Source of the DNA: Aegotheles albertisi
Taxonomy: Eukaryota
DNA: 42,503 nt
Reading direction: 5' to 3'
Assembly: GCA_039906565.1 (NCBI GenBank)
Contig: JBDMAX010000536.1
Span: 161,716 to 204,218 of the forward strand
Under the pieces are notes generated by a model. It did no database searches. It had not been told where the DNA came from and worked only from the letters and a program-made list of their open reading frames with translations. Below, one piece after another: positions 34,046-42,503 of the stretch (the stretch's first letter is position 1; each line of letters begins with the position of its first letter). The position numbers were made by a program, and so were the translations under genes.

Positions 34046-34204
34046 CTTCCCGGTGCGGATGTCCCGCACGTAGATGCCCTCGTTGTCGGCCAGGGCCACC
34101 GCCCGGCGTCGCTCCAGCACGGCCACCTCGGCCGGTGGCACGAACTCCAGGGGACCCCGGGCCAGCCAGCGGTCGCCCGCCCGCCGCGTCACCTCCGTGC
34201 CCTC
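34046..34204 (-). CDS. MVP: MVP exon: [53 protein letters not shown].
   Basis: Matches human [51 protein letters not shown]. Acceptor CTGCCAG|G, donor AAG|GTGCCA. Confidence 0.9.
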
Positions 34205-34482
34205 CTGGCAGGGGGGTGGTGGTGTCAGGGACCACCTGGGGCCAGCAGGGACACCCCCACCCCCACCCCGCGTGGGGACACCGAGGTCCCCTCTGTCCTG
34301 GCCCCACAGGTGTCCCCTGGGGCCTCCAGAACCCCCCAGGTGTCCCTCACGCACCCCAAGTGTCCCCAGGTGACCCCTCAACCACTCCTGGGTGTCCTCA
34401 AGTTGTCCCCTTTATCCCCCACTGGTTCCCTGCCCAGGTGTCCCCTGGAGGAACCCCAAACCCCAGTTGTCCCCAGGGCCAC

Positions 34483-34608
34483 CTCATCGGTGTCCTTGAT
34501 GGTCTGGAGTGCCTGGAGCAGCAGCCCCTCGTCCTCGGAGAGCACGAAGACGTCCTCGATGCCAGCCTGGAGCCGCTCGCCCGGCTGCAGGAAGAAGGAC
34601 TTCTCCCC
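34483..34608 (-). CDS. MVP: MVP exon: [42 protein letters not shown].
   Basis: Matches human [43 protein letters not shown]. Acceptor CCCCAG|GGG, donor GAG|GTGGCC. Confidence 0.9.
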
Positions 34609-35219
34609 CTGGGGACGTGGAGACACAGCACCAAGGTGGTGAGGACATGGGCCATGGCCACAGCGATGTGGTGGGACATGGGGCAAGGACGTCAGGACAT
34701 GGTGGAACACTGGGCAGGGTCCTTCAAGGGTGTCTTGGGGTCCCCATGGGTCACCTTCAAGACCTTCAGAGGTGCCCACAGGTATGGTGGGGCCAACTTG
34801 AGGTTCCTAGTGGCCACCTGCAGGTTCCTGTGGAAGCTCAGGGTCCCTCAACAAGACAGCAGGGCTGATGTCTTGGGGATGTTGGGGTCACCTCTGTGAC
34901 TTTTGGGGATGCGCTTGGGTACGTCAGGGCCACCTGTGGTCCCTGGGACCCTCAGGTCACCTCAGGCACCCTTGGGGACAACTCAAGGGTACATCAGGAT
35001 CCCTCAGGGGTGCCTTCAGGGACACCTCAGGGGTACACAGGGGTCCCTTGGGGCCACCTTTGAGACTTTGGGGGACACCTACGTGTACACCAAAGTCCCT
35101 TGGGGCCACCCTTGGGTGCTGAGAGCCAACACTTGGGTGCCTTGGGACAACTTGGGGTCCCTCTGTAACACCACAGTGGTGCCTTGACGTGTCTTGGGGA
35201 CCACCCAAGGGGTGCCCAC

Positions 35220-35456
35220 CTTGACAACGCGCTGCTGGCCCAGCTGGGGCTGCCCGTTGGGTCCCACCGGGTCCAGGATGACGCAGTACTGCCGGGGACC
35301 CAGCGTCGTCACCGCCACCTCGGCCACCACCTCCTCGAAGACGTCCGGGATGTAGGCTTCGCTCTGCTCGTGGGTCACCAGCCACTCCTCGCCCGTGCGC
35401 CGCACCCGGCCCTGCTCGTCCTCGAAGGTCCGCGTCGCGCGCAAGTGCAGGGCTTT
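35220..35456 (-). CDS. MVP: MVP exon: [79 protein letters not shown].
   Basis: Matches human [79 protein letters not shown]. Acceptor CTGGCAG|AAA, donor AAG|GTGGGC. Confidence 0.9.
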
Positions 35457-35564
35457 CTGCCAGGGGGGGACACGCGGTGGGCGTTGGGACACCCCAACAG
35501 GTCCCATCACCCAGGGGTGCAGGGAGATGGAGAGATGGCACCACCCAAACCAACCCTTGAGGGA

Positions 35565-36265
35565 CCTCATTGCATGTGGGGACAGGGGTGGGGTGGGTGG
35601 AGAGGACACCACGCCCTGGAGGGCCCTTGTGGGACACGGGACCCCCAAGAGCTCGGGAGGGTCCTCACCACCCATGGGCACAAGGGGTCAGAGCCTTGGA
35701 GGATCAGGTGGTGGTGGGACCCTTCACCCATCCCTGGAGGGTCCTCACCACCCATGGGCACAAGGGGTCAGAGTCTTGGAGGATCAGGTGGTGGTGGGAC
35801 CCTTCACCCACCCCTGGAGGGTCCTCACCACCCATGGGCACAAGGGGTCAGAGCCTTGGAGGTTCAGGTGGTGGTGGGACCCTTCACCCACCCCTGGAGG
35901 GTCCTGGTCACCCATGGGAGCAGGGGAATGGTGACACGGGACCCCCAAGAGCTCGGGAGGGTCCTCACCACCCATGGGCACGAGGGGTCAGAGTCTTGGA
36001 GGACCAGGTGGTGGTGGGACCCTTCACCCATCCCTGGAGGGTCCTCACCACCCATGGGCACAAGGGGTCAGAGCCTTGGAGGTTCAGGTGGTGGTGGGAC
36101 CCTTCACCCACCCCTGGAGGGTCCTTGTCACCCATGGGAGCAGGGGAATGGTGACACGGGACCCCCAAGAGCTCGGGAGGGTCCTCACCACCCATGGGCA
36201 CGAGGGGTCAGAGTCTTGGAGGATCAGGTGGTGGTGGGACCCTTCACCCACCCCTGGAGGGTCCT
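35565..36265. repeat. Intronic 80-bp minisatellite (~9 copies). Its unit resembles the acceptor site plus the 5' part of the downstream exon at 36323-36417, making it a pseudo-exon array.
   Basis: Unit (minus strand) CCCCTTGTGCCCATGGGTGGTGAGGACCCTCCAGGGATGGGTGAAGGG... compared with the authentic CCCTGTGCCCAG|GTGAGGAGTGGCTGGTGAAGCAGG. The 80-bp period was measured directly. Confidence 0.8.
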
Positions 36266-36322
36266 GGTCACCCCAGGAGGGGTCTCAGCACCCCAGGGCC
36301 CCCAGGAGCAGGTGCCCCACAC

Positions 36323-36417
36323 CTTCTCGGTCAGGATGTAGGCGTCCACGACGTCCACCACCTCCTCGTAGACCCCGGGCAGGTAGGCACCCACCTGCTT
36401 CACCAGCCACTCCTCAC
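36323..36417 (-). CDS. MVP: MVP exon: (G)[31 protein letters not shown].
   Basis: Matches human [32 protein letters not shown]. Acceptor TGCCCAG|GT, donor AAG|GTGTGG. Confidence 0.9.
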
Positions 36418-36439
36418 CTGGGCACAGGGGCACAGGGCT

Positions 36440-38255
36440 GGGTAGGGGTCCCCTATAGCCCCTCACAGCCCCTATAGCCCCCCCCACAGCCCCCTATAGT
36501 CCCCTATAGCCCCTCACAGCCCCTATAGCCCCCCCACAGCCCCCTATAGCCCCTCACAGCCCCCTATAGCCCCCCCACAGCCCCCTATAGCCCCTCATAG
36601 CCCCTATAGCCCCCCCACAGCCCCCTATAGCCCCCACAGCCCCTATAGCCCCTCACAGCCCCTATAGCCCCCACAGCCCCTATAGCCCCTCACAGCCCCC
36701 TATAGCCCCTCATAGCCCCTATAGCCCCTCATAGCCCCTTATAGCCCCTCACAGCCCCTATAGCCCCCCCCCAGCCCCTATAGCCCCTCATAGCCCCTAT
36801 AGCCCCTCACAGCCCCCTATAGCCCCTCATAGCCCCTATAGCCCCTCATAGCCCCCTATAGCCCCTCATAGCCCCCATAGCCCCCCCCCAGCCCCCTATA
36901 GCTCCCCACAGCCCCCTATAGCCCCCCCATGGCTTCCTATAGCCCCTCATAGCCCCTATAGCCCCTCATAGCCCCCATAGCCCCCCCCAGCCCCTATAGC
37001 TCCCCACAGCCCCCTATAGCCCCCCCATGGCTTCCTATAGCCCCTCATAGCCCCTATAGCCCCTCATAGCCCCTATAGCCCCTCACAGCCCCCTATAGCC
37101 CCTCATAGCCCCTATAGCCCCTCACAGCCCCCTATAGCCCCTCATAGCCCCTATAGCCCCCCCATGGCTTCCTATAGCCCCTCATAGCCCCTATAGCCCC
37201 TCACAGCCCCCTATAGCCCCTCATAGCCCCTATAGCCCCTCACAGCCCCCTATAGCCCCTCACAGCCCCTATAGCCCCCCACAGCCCCATATAGCCCCCC
37301 CATGGCCCCCTCTACCCCTCACAGCTGCCTATAGCCCCCTCACAGTCTCCTATAGACCCCCCATGGATCCCTATAGCCCCCCCATGCCCCCTATAGCCTT
37401 CTCTCCAGCCCCCTATAGCCCCCCATGGCCCCTATAGCCCCTCCTGCCCAGCAACTTATAGCCCCCACAGCCCCCTATAGCTCCCCACAGCCCCTATAGC
37501 CTCCCACAGCCCCCTATAGCCCCTATAGCCTCCCACAGCCCCCTACAGCCCCTCATAGCCCCTATAGCCTCTCATAGCCCCTATAGCCCCTCATAGCCCC
37601 TATAGCCCCTCATAGTCCCCTATAGCCCCTCATAGCCCCTATAGCCCCTCACAGCCCCCTATAGCCTCTCATAGCCCCTATAGCCCCTCATAGCCCCTAT
37701 AGCCTCTCACGGCCCCCTATAGCCCCTCATAGCCCCTATAGCCCCTCACAGCCCCTATAGCCCCTCATAGCCCCTATAGCCCCTCACAGCCCCTATAGCC
37801 CCCCCACGGCTTCCTATAGCCCCTCATAGCCCCCTATAGCCCCTCACAGCCCCCTATAGCCCCTCATAGCCCCTATAGCCCCCCCATGGCTTCCTACAGC
37901 CCCTCATAGCCCCTATAGCCTCTCACAGCCCCCTATAGCCCCTATAGCCCCTCATAGCCCCTATAGCCTCTCACAGCCCCCTATAGCCCCTCACAGCCCC
38001 TATAGCCTCCCACAGCCCCCTATAGCCCCTCATAGCCCCTATAGCCCCTCACAGCCCCCTATAGCCCCTCATAGCCCCTATAGCCCTCATAGCCCCCTAT
38101 AGCCCCTATAGCCCCTCATAGCCCCTATAGCCCCTCACAGCCCCTATAGCCCCTCATAGCCCCTATAGCCCCCCCACGGCTTCCTATAGCCCCTCATAGC
38201 CCTTATAGCCCCTCACAGCCCCCTATAGCCCCTCACGGCCCCCTATAGCCCCCCC
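36440..38255. repeat. Intronic C-rich 20-22-bp minisatellite (CCCCTATAGCCCCTCACAGCC / CCCCTATAGCCCCTCATAGCC), ~85 copies.
   Basis: Tandem periodicity. An inverted copy of the same family occurs at 40670-40950. Confidence 0.9.
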
Positions 38256-38259
38256 AGCC

Positions 38260-40225
38260 ACCTCCACCCCCCCGTACCCCCCTGTCCCCCCCCTGTAACG
38301 GTGACCCTGCGGGTGCCCCCCTGTCCCCCCCCCTGTACCGGTGACCCTGCGGGTGCCCCCCCATGCCCCCGTCCCCCCGACCCTGTGGGTGCCCCCCCTG
38401 TCCCCCCCCGTACCGGTGACCCTGTGGGTGCCCCCCCCTGTCCCCCCCCTGTCCCCGTGACCCTGCGGGTGCCCCCCCATCCCCCCCCCGTACCGGTGAC
38501 CCTGCGGGTGCCCCCCCATCCCCCCTGTCCCAGTGACCCTGCGGGTGCCCCCCCATCCCCCCCCCCGTACCGGTGACCCTGCGGGTGCCCCCCCCATCCC
38601 CCCCCCTGTACCGGTGACCCTGCGGGTGCCCCCCCTGTCCCCCCCCTGTACCAGTGACCCTGCGGGTGCCCCCCCGTCCCCCCCTGTCCCAGTGACCCTG
38701 CGGGTGCCCCCCCGTCCCCCCCTGTCCCAGTGACCCTGTGGGTGCCCCCCCATCCCCCCCCCCGTACCGGTGACCCTGTGGGTGCCCCCCTGTCCCCCCC
38801 CTGTACCGGTGACCCCGTGGGTGCCCCCCCCTGTCCCCCCTGTACCGGTGACCCTGTGGGTGCCCCCCCCATCCCCCCCATACCGGTGACCCTGTGGGTG
38901 CCCCCCCTGTCCCCCCCTGTCCCAGTGACCCTGTGGGTGCCCCCCCTGTCCCCCCCCTGTACCGGTGACCCTGTGGGTGCCCCCCCGTCCCCTCCCGTCC
39001 CGGTGACCCTGTGGGTACCCCCCATCCCCTCCCGTCCCGGTGACCCTGTGGGTGCCCCCCATCCCCCCTGTACCGGTGACCCTGCGGGTACCCCCCGTCC
39101 CCCCCCTGTACCGGTGACCCTGTGGGTGCCCCCCCATTCCCCCCCTGTACCGGTGACCCTGTGGGTGCCCCCCTGTCCCCCCTGTCCCAGTGACCCTGCG
39201 GGTACCCCCCCATCCCCCCGTACCGGTGACCCTGCGGGTGCCCCCCTGTCCCCCCCTGTCCCAGTGACCCTGCGGGTGCCCCATCCCCCCCCCTGTACCG
39301 GTGACCCTGTGGGTGCCCCCCTGTCCCCCCCCTGTCCCAGTGACCCTGCGGGTACCCCCCTGTCCCCCCCCGTACCGGTGACCCTGTGGGTGCCCCCCTG
39401 TCCCCCCCCTGTCCCAGTGACCCTGTGGGTGCCCCCCCTGTCCCCCCCCCTGTACCGGTGACCCTGTGGGTACCGCCAGTCCCCCCCCTGTCCCAGTGAC
39501 CCTGTGGGTGCCCCCCTGTCCCCCCCTGTACCGGTGACCCTGCGGGTGCCCCCCTTGTCCCCCCCCCGTCCCGGTGACCCTGCGGGTGCCCCCCCTGTCC
39601 CAGTGACCCTGTGGGTGCCCCCCCTGTCCCCCCCTGTCCCAGTGACCCTGCGGGTGCCCCCCCATCCCCCCTGTCCCAGTGACCCTGCGGGTGCCCCCCT
39701 GTCCCCCCCCTGTCCCAGTGACCCTGTGGGTGCCCCCCCATCCCCCCTGTCCCAGTGACCCTGCGGGTGCCCCCCTGTCCCCCCCCTGTCCCAGTGACCC
39801 TGTGGGTGCCCCCCCCATCCCCCCCTGTCCCAGTGACCCTGCGGGTGCCCCCCTGTCCCCCCCCTGTCCCAGTGACCCTGTGGGTGCCCCCCCCATCCCC
39901 CCCTGTACCGGTGACCCTGTGGGTACCCCCTGTCCCCCCCCCGTACCGGTGACCCTGCGGGTGCCCCCCCTGTCCCCCCCTGTCCCAGTGACCCTGCGGG
40001 TGCCCCCCTGTCCCCCCCCTGTACCGGTGACCCTGTGGGTGCCCCCCCATCCCCCCCCCTGGTACCGGTGACCCTGCGGGTGCCGCCAGTCCCCCCCTGT
40101 ACCGGTGACCCTGCGGGTGCCCCTCCCTGTCCCCCCTGGTACCGGTGACCCTGCGGGTGCCCCCCTGTCCCCCCTGTCCCAGTGACCCTGTGGGTACCCC
40201 CCCATCCCCCTGTACCGGTGACCCT
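38260..40225. repeat. Intronic 37-38-bp minisatellite (ACCGGTGACCCTGCGGGTGCCCCCCTGTCCCCCCCTGT), ~52 copies. It was amplified from the 3' end and 5' splice site of the adjacent MVP exon, so each unit carries CACCG|GTACAG or the variant CACTG|GGACAG.
   Basis: The exon at 40216-40347 ends ...CGCAGGGTCACCG|GTACAG. The array units on the transcribed strand read CACCCGCAGGGTCACCGGTACAGGGGGG(GA)CAGGGGGG. Confidence 0.9.
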
Positions 40226-40347
40226 GCGGGTGCCGTGCCGGTCCCGGCTCTCCTTGCGTGCCCGCAGCCGGATGGCCTGGTTGTGCCCGATGACGGTGCC
40301 CTGCAGCGTCTCCACCACCGCCACCTCCTTCCGCGGGACGTAGGTGC
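40216..40347 (-). CDS. MVP: MVP exon: (G)[43 protein letters not shown](G).
   Basis: Matches human [45 protein letters not shown]. Acceptor CCCCCCAG|GC, donor CCG|GTACAG. Confidence 0.9.
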
Positions 40348-40437
40348 CTGGGGGGCTGCGCGGTCACCACGGGCTGTGTCCCCCCCCCGGCCCCTGGCTG
40401 TGTCCCCCCCGCCCCGGGCTGTGTCCCCGCTGCTCAC

Positions 40438-40561
40438 CGGGACCCTCGAAGAGCCACTCGTCCCCCGCCACCACTTTCTGGCCACCCTCGTCCGTGAAGT
40501 CCAGCAGGGCCCGGAGGCGCAGGGCGGTGTCGGCCACGAGCACCTGGAGCGGGGTCACCCC
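40438..40561 (-). CDS. MVP: MVP exon: [41 protein letters not shown](G). This is the 5'-most MVP exon inside the window; the N-terminal ~110 codons lie beyond 42503.
   Basis: Matches human [41 protein letters not shown]. Acceptor TGTCCGCAG|GGG, donor CCG|GTGAGC. Confidence 0.9.
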
Positions 40562-40669
40562 CTGCGGACACGGGGGGAGCTCAGGGGACCCCCTGGGGAC
40601 CCCCTGGGGACACGGGGACAGCTCAGGGGACCCCCTGGGAACCCCCTGGGAACCCCCTGGGGACATGGG

Positions 40670-40950
40670 GGGGGGCTGTAGGGGCTGGGAAGGGGCTATA
40701 AGAGGCCATGAGGGGCTATAGGGGGCTGTGAGGGGGCTATAGGGGGCTATAGGGGGCTATAGGGGGCTATAGGGGGCTGTGAGGGGGCTATAGGGGGCTG
40801 TGAGGGGCATTGGAGGCCATAGGGGGGCTATAGGGGGCTGTGAGGGGGCTGTGAGGGGCATTGGAGGCCGTAGGGGGGCTATAGGGGGCTGTGAGGGGGC
40901 TATAGGGGCCCGTGGAGGGCTATAGGGAGCCATGGGGGGGGCTATAGGGA
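40670..40950. repeat. G-rich 20-22-bp minisatellite (GGGCTATAGGGGGCTGTGAGG). It is the inverted complement of the 36440-38255 array family.
   Basis: GGGGCTGTGAGGGGGCTATAGGGGG is the reverse complement of CCCCCTATAGCCCCCTCACAGCCCC. Confidence 0.85.
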
Positions 40951-42480
40951 GTTATGAGATTCTATAGGGGGCCCTGGAGGACTGTAGGTGTTGGGGGGGG
41001 GGCTATAACAGGCTGTCGGGCTTATGGGGCCTATAGGAGTTGTAGGGCCCATAGGGGTTGTAGGACCTATAGGGGTCATGGGGCCATAGGGGTCACAGAG
41101 CCTATAGGGGTCATGGGGCCTATAGGGGTTATGGGGCCTATAGGGGTCATGGTGCCTATAGGGGTTATGGGGCCATAGGGGTCACGGTGCCTATACGGGT
41201 TATGGTGCCTATAGGGGTCATGGATCCTATAGGGGTCACGGTGCCTATAGGGGTCATGGTGCCTATAGGGGTCACGGTGCCTATAGGGGTCATGGTGCCT
41301 ATAGGGGTCATGGTGCCTATAGGGGTCATGGGGCCTATAGGGGTTATGGATCCTATAGGGGTCATGGTGCCTATAGGGGTCATGGAGTCTATAGGGGTTA
41401 TGGTGCCTATAGGGGTCATGGTGCCTATAGGGGTTATGGGGCCATAGGGGTCACGGTGCCTATAGGGGTCACGGGGCCTATAGGGGTTATGGATCCTATA
41501 GGGGTCATGGATCCTATAGGGGTCACGGTGCCTATAGGGGTCACGGTGCCTATAGGGGTTATGGTGCCTATAGGGGTCACGGTGCCTATAGGGGTTATGG
41601 ATCCTATAGGGGTTATGAATCCTATAGGGGTCACGGTGCCTATAGGGGTCATGGTGCCTATAGGGGTTATGAATCCTATAGGGGTCACGGTGCCTATAGG
41701 GGTCACGGTGCCTATAGGGGTTATGGATCCTATAGGGGTTATGGGGCCTATAGGGGTCATGGTGCCTATAGGGGTTATGGGGCCATAGGGGTTATGGGGC
41801 CTATAGGGGTTATGGTGCCTATAGGGGTTATGGATCCTATAGGGGTCACGGTGCCTATAGGGGTCACGGTGCCTATAGGGGTCACGGTGCCTATAGGGGT
41901 TATGGATCCTATAGGGGTCATGGATCCTATAGGGGTCATGGTGCCTATAGGGGTCATGGGGCCTATAGGGGTCATGGGGCCATAGGGGTCACGGTGCCTA
42001 TAGGGGTCATGGATCCTATAGGGGTTATGAATCCTATAGGGGTCATGGATCCTATAGGGGTCATGGATCCTATAGGGGTCACGGTGCCTATAGGGGTCAC
42101 GGTGCCTATAGGGGTTATGGTGCCTATAGGGGTTATGGATCCTATAGGGGTTATGAATCCTATAGGGGTCACGGTGCCTATAGGGGTCATGGTGCCTATA
42201 GGGGTTATGAATCCTATAGGGGTCACGGTGCCTATAGGGGTCACGGTGCCTATAGGGGTTATGGAACCTATAGGGGTCATGGTGCCTATAGGGGTCACGG
42301 TGCCTATAGGGGTCATGGAGCCTATAGCGGTTATGGATCCTATAGGGGTTATGGATCCTATAGGGGTCACGGTGCCTATAGGGGTCATGGTGCCTATAGG
42401 GGTCATGGATCCTATAGGGGTCATGGTGCCTATAGGGGTCACGGTGCCTATAGGGGCTATAGGGGTCTATAGGGGTCACG
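40950..42480. repeat. G-rich 18-bp minisatellite (CCTATAGGGGTCATGGTG / CCTATAGGGGTTATGGAT variants), ~85 copies. It is related to the CTATAGGGG family.
   Basis: Tandem periodicity. It lies in the MVP intron upstream of the exon at 40438-40561. Confidence 0.9.
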
Positions 42481-42503
42481 GGGCCGCACCTGCTGGATCT
42501 CCT

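Noticed and set aside
26375-42480. Numerous 100-750-aa ORFs in both strands, for example 29881..32073, 31428..33044, 38223..40485, 41775..42479.
   Set aside because: All lie within intronic tandem arrays of MVP, with units of 18, 21, 37, 50 or 80 bp, and are open in multiple frames. They are not coding.
6158-42480. Regularly spaced direct repeats that might suggest CRISPR arrays.
   Set aside because: This is a eukaryotic locus with spliced genes and CR1 LINEs. The arrays have no unique spacers between repeats and are contiguous minisatellites. No cas genes are present.

Overview
This window looks like vertebrate, probably avian, genomic DNA. The evidence is three CR1-type LINE 3'-region fragments carrying the GGTTGGAAGGGACC...CCATGGGCAGGGACACC motif, very high GC, and dense minisatellites. 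It is not prokaryotic and contains no CRISPR array or rRNA/tRNA gene.

Two protein-coding genes can be reconstructed exon by exon on the minus strand.

1. A USP36/USP42-family deubiquitinase (best match USP42) lies at about 11.5-16.5 kb. It has intact Cys-box and His-box exons and an Arg/Ser-rich terminal exon built from three ~225-bp coding repeats.

2. The major vault protein gene (MVP) runs from its stop codon at 22691 to the end of the window at 42503. Fourteen coding exons are recoverable, and the first ~110 codons lie beyond the window.

MVP is the striking feature. About 17 of its ~20 kb here are intron, and these introns are filled almost entirely by at least eight different tandem arrays with units of 18-80 bp. 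One array (38.26-40.23 kb) is a ~50-copy tandem amplification of the 3' end of the adjacent exon, so it carries dozens of cryptic 5' splice sites. Another array is a pseudo-exon amplification, and two arrays are inverted copies of each other flanking two exons.

Other content:
- a 2.5-kb intergenic 41-bp minisatellite that is open in all six frames
- a 21-bp heptad-encoding repeat
- arrays of GC/GT-box decamers in two MVP introns
- a cluster of TGACATCA motifs just 3' of the MVP polyA signal
- two segmental duplications; one copies the 3' part of a USP exon ~6.6 kb downstream, where it forms a pseudo-exon fused in frame with leucine-rich ORFs of an unidentified neighbouring gene
- CpG islands at 1-600 and ~10.2-11.45 kb

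Coordinates of exon boundaries were derived by hand and should be taken as +/-1-2 bp.
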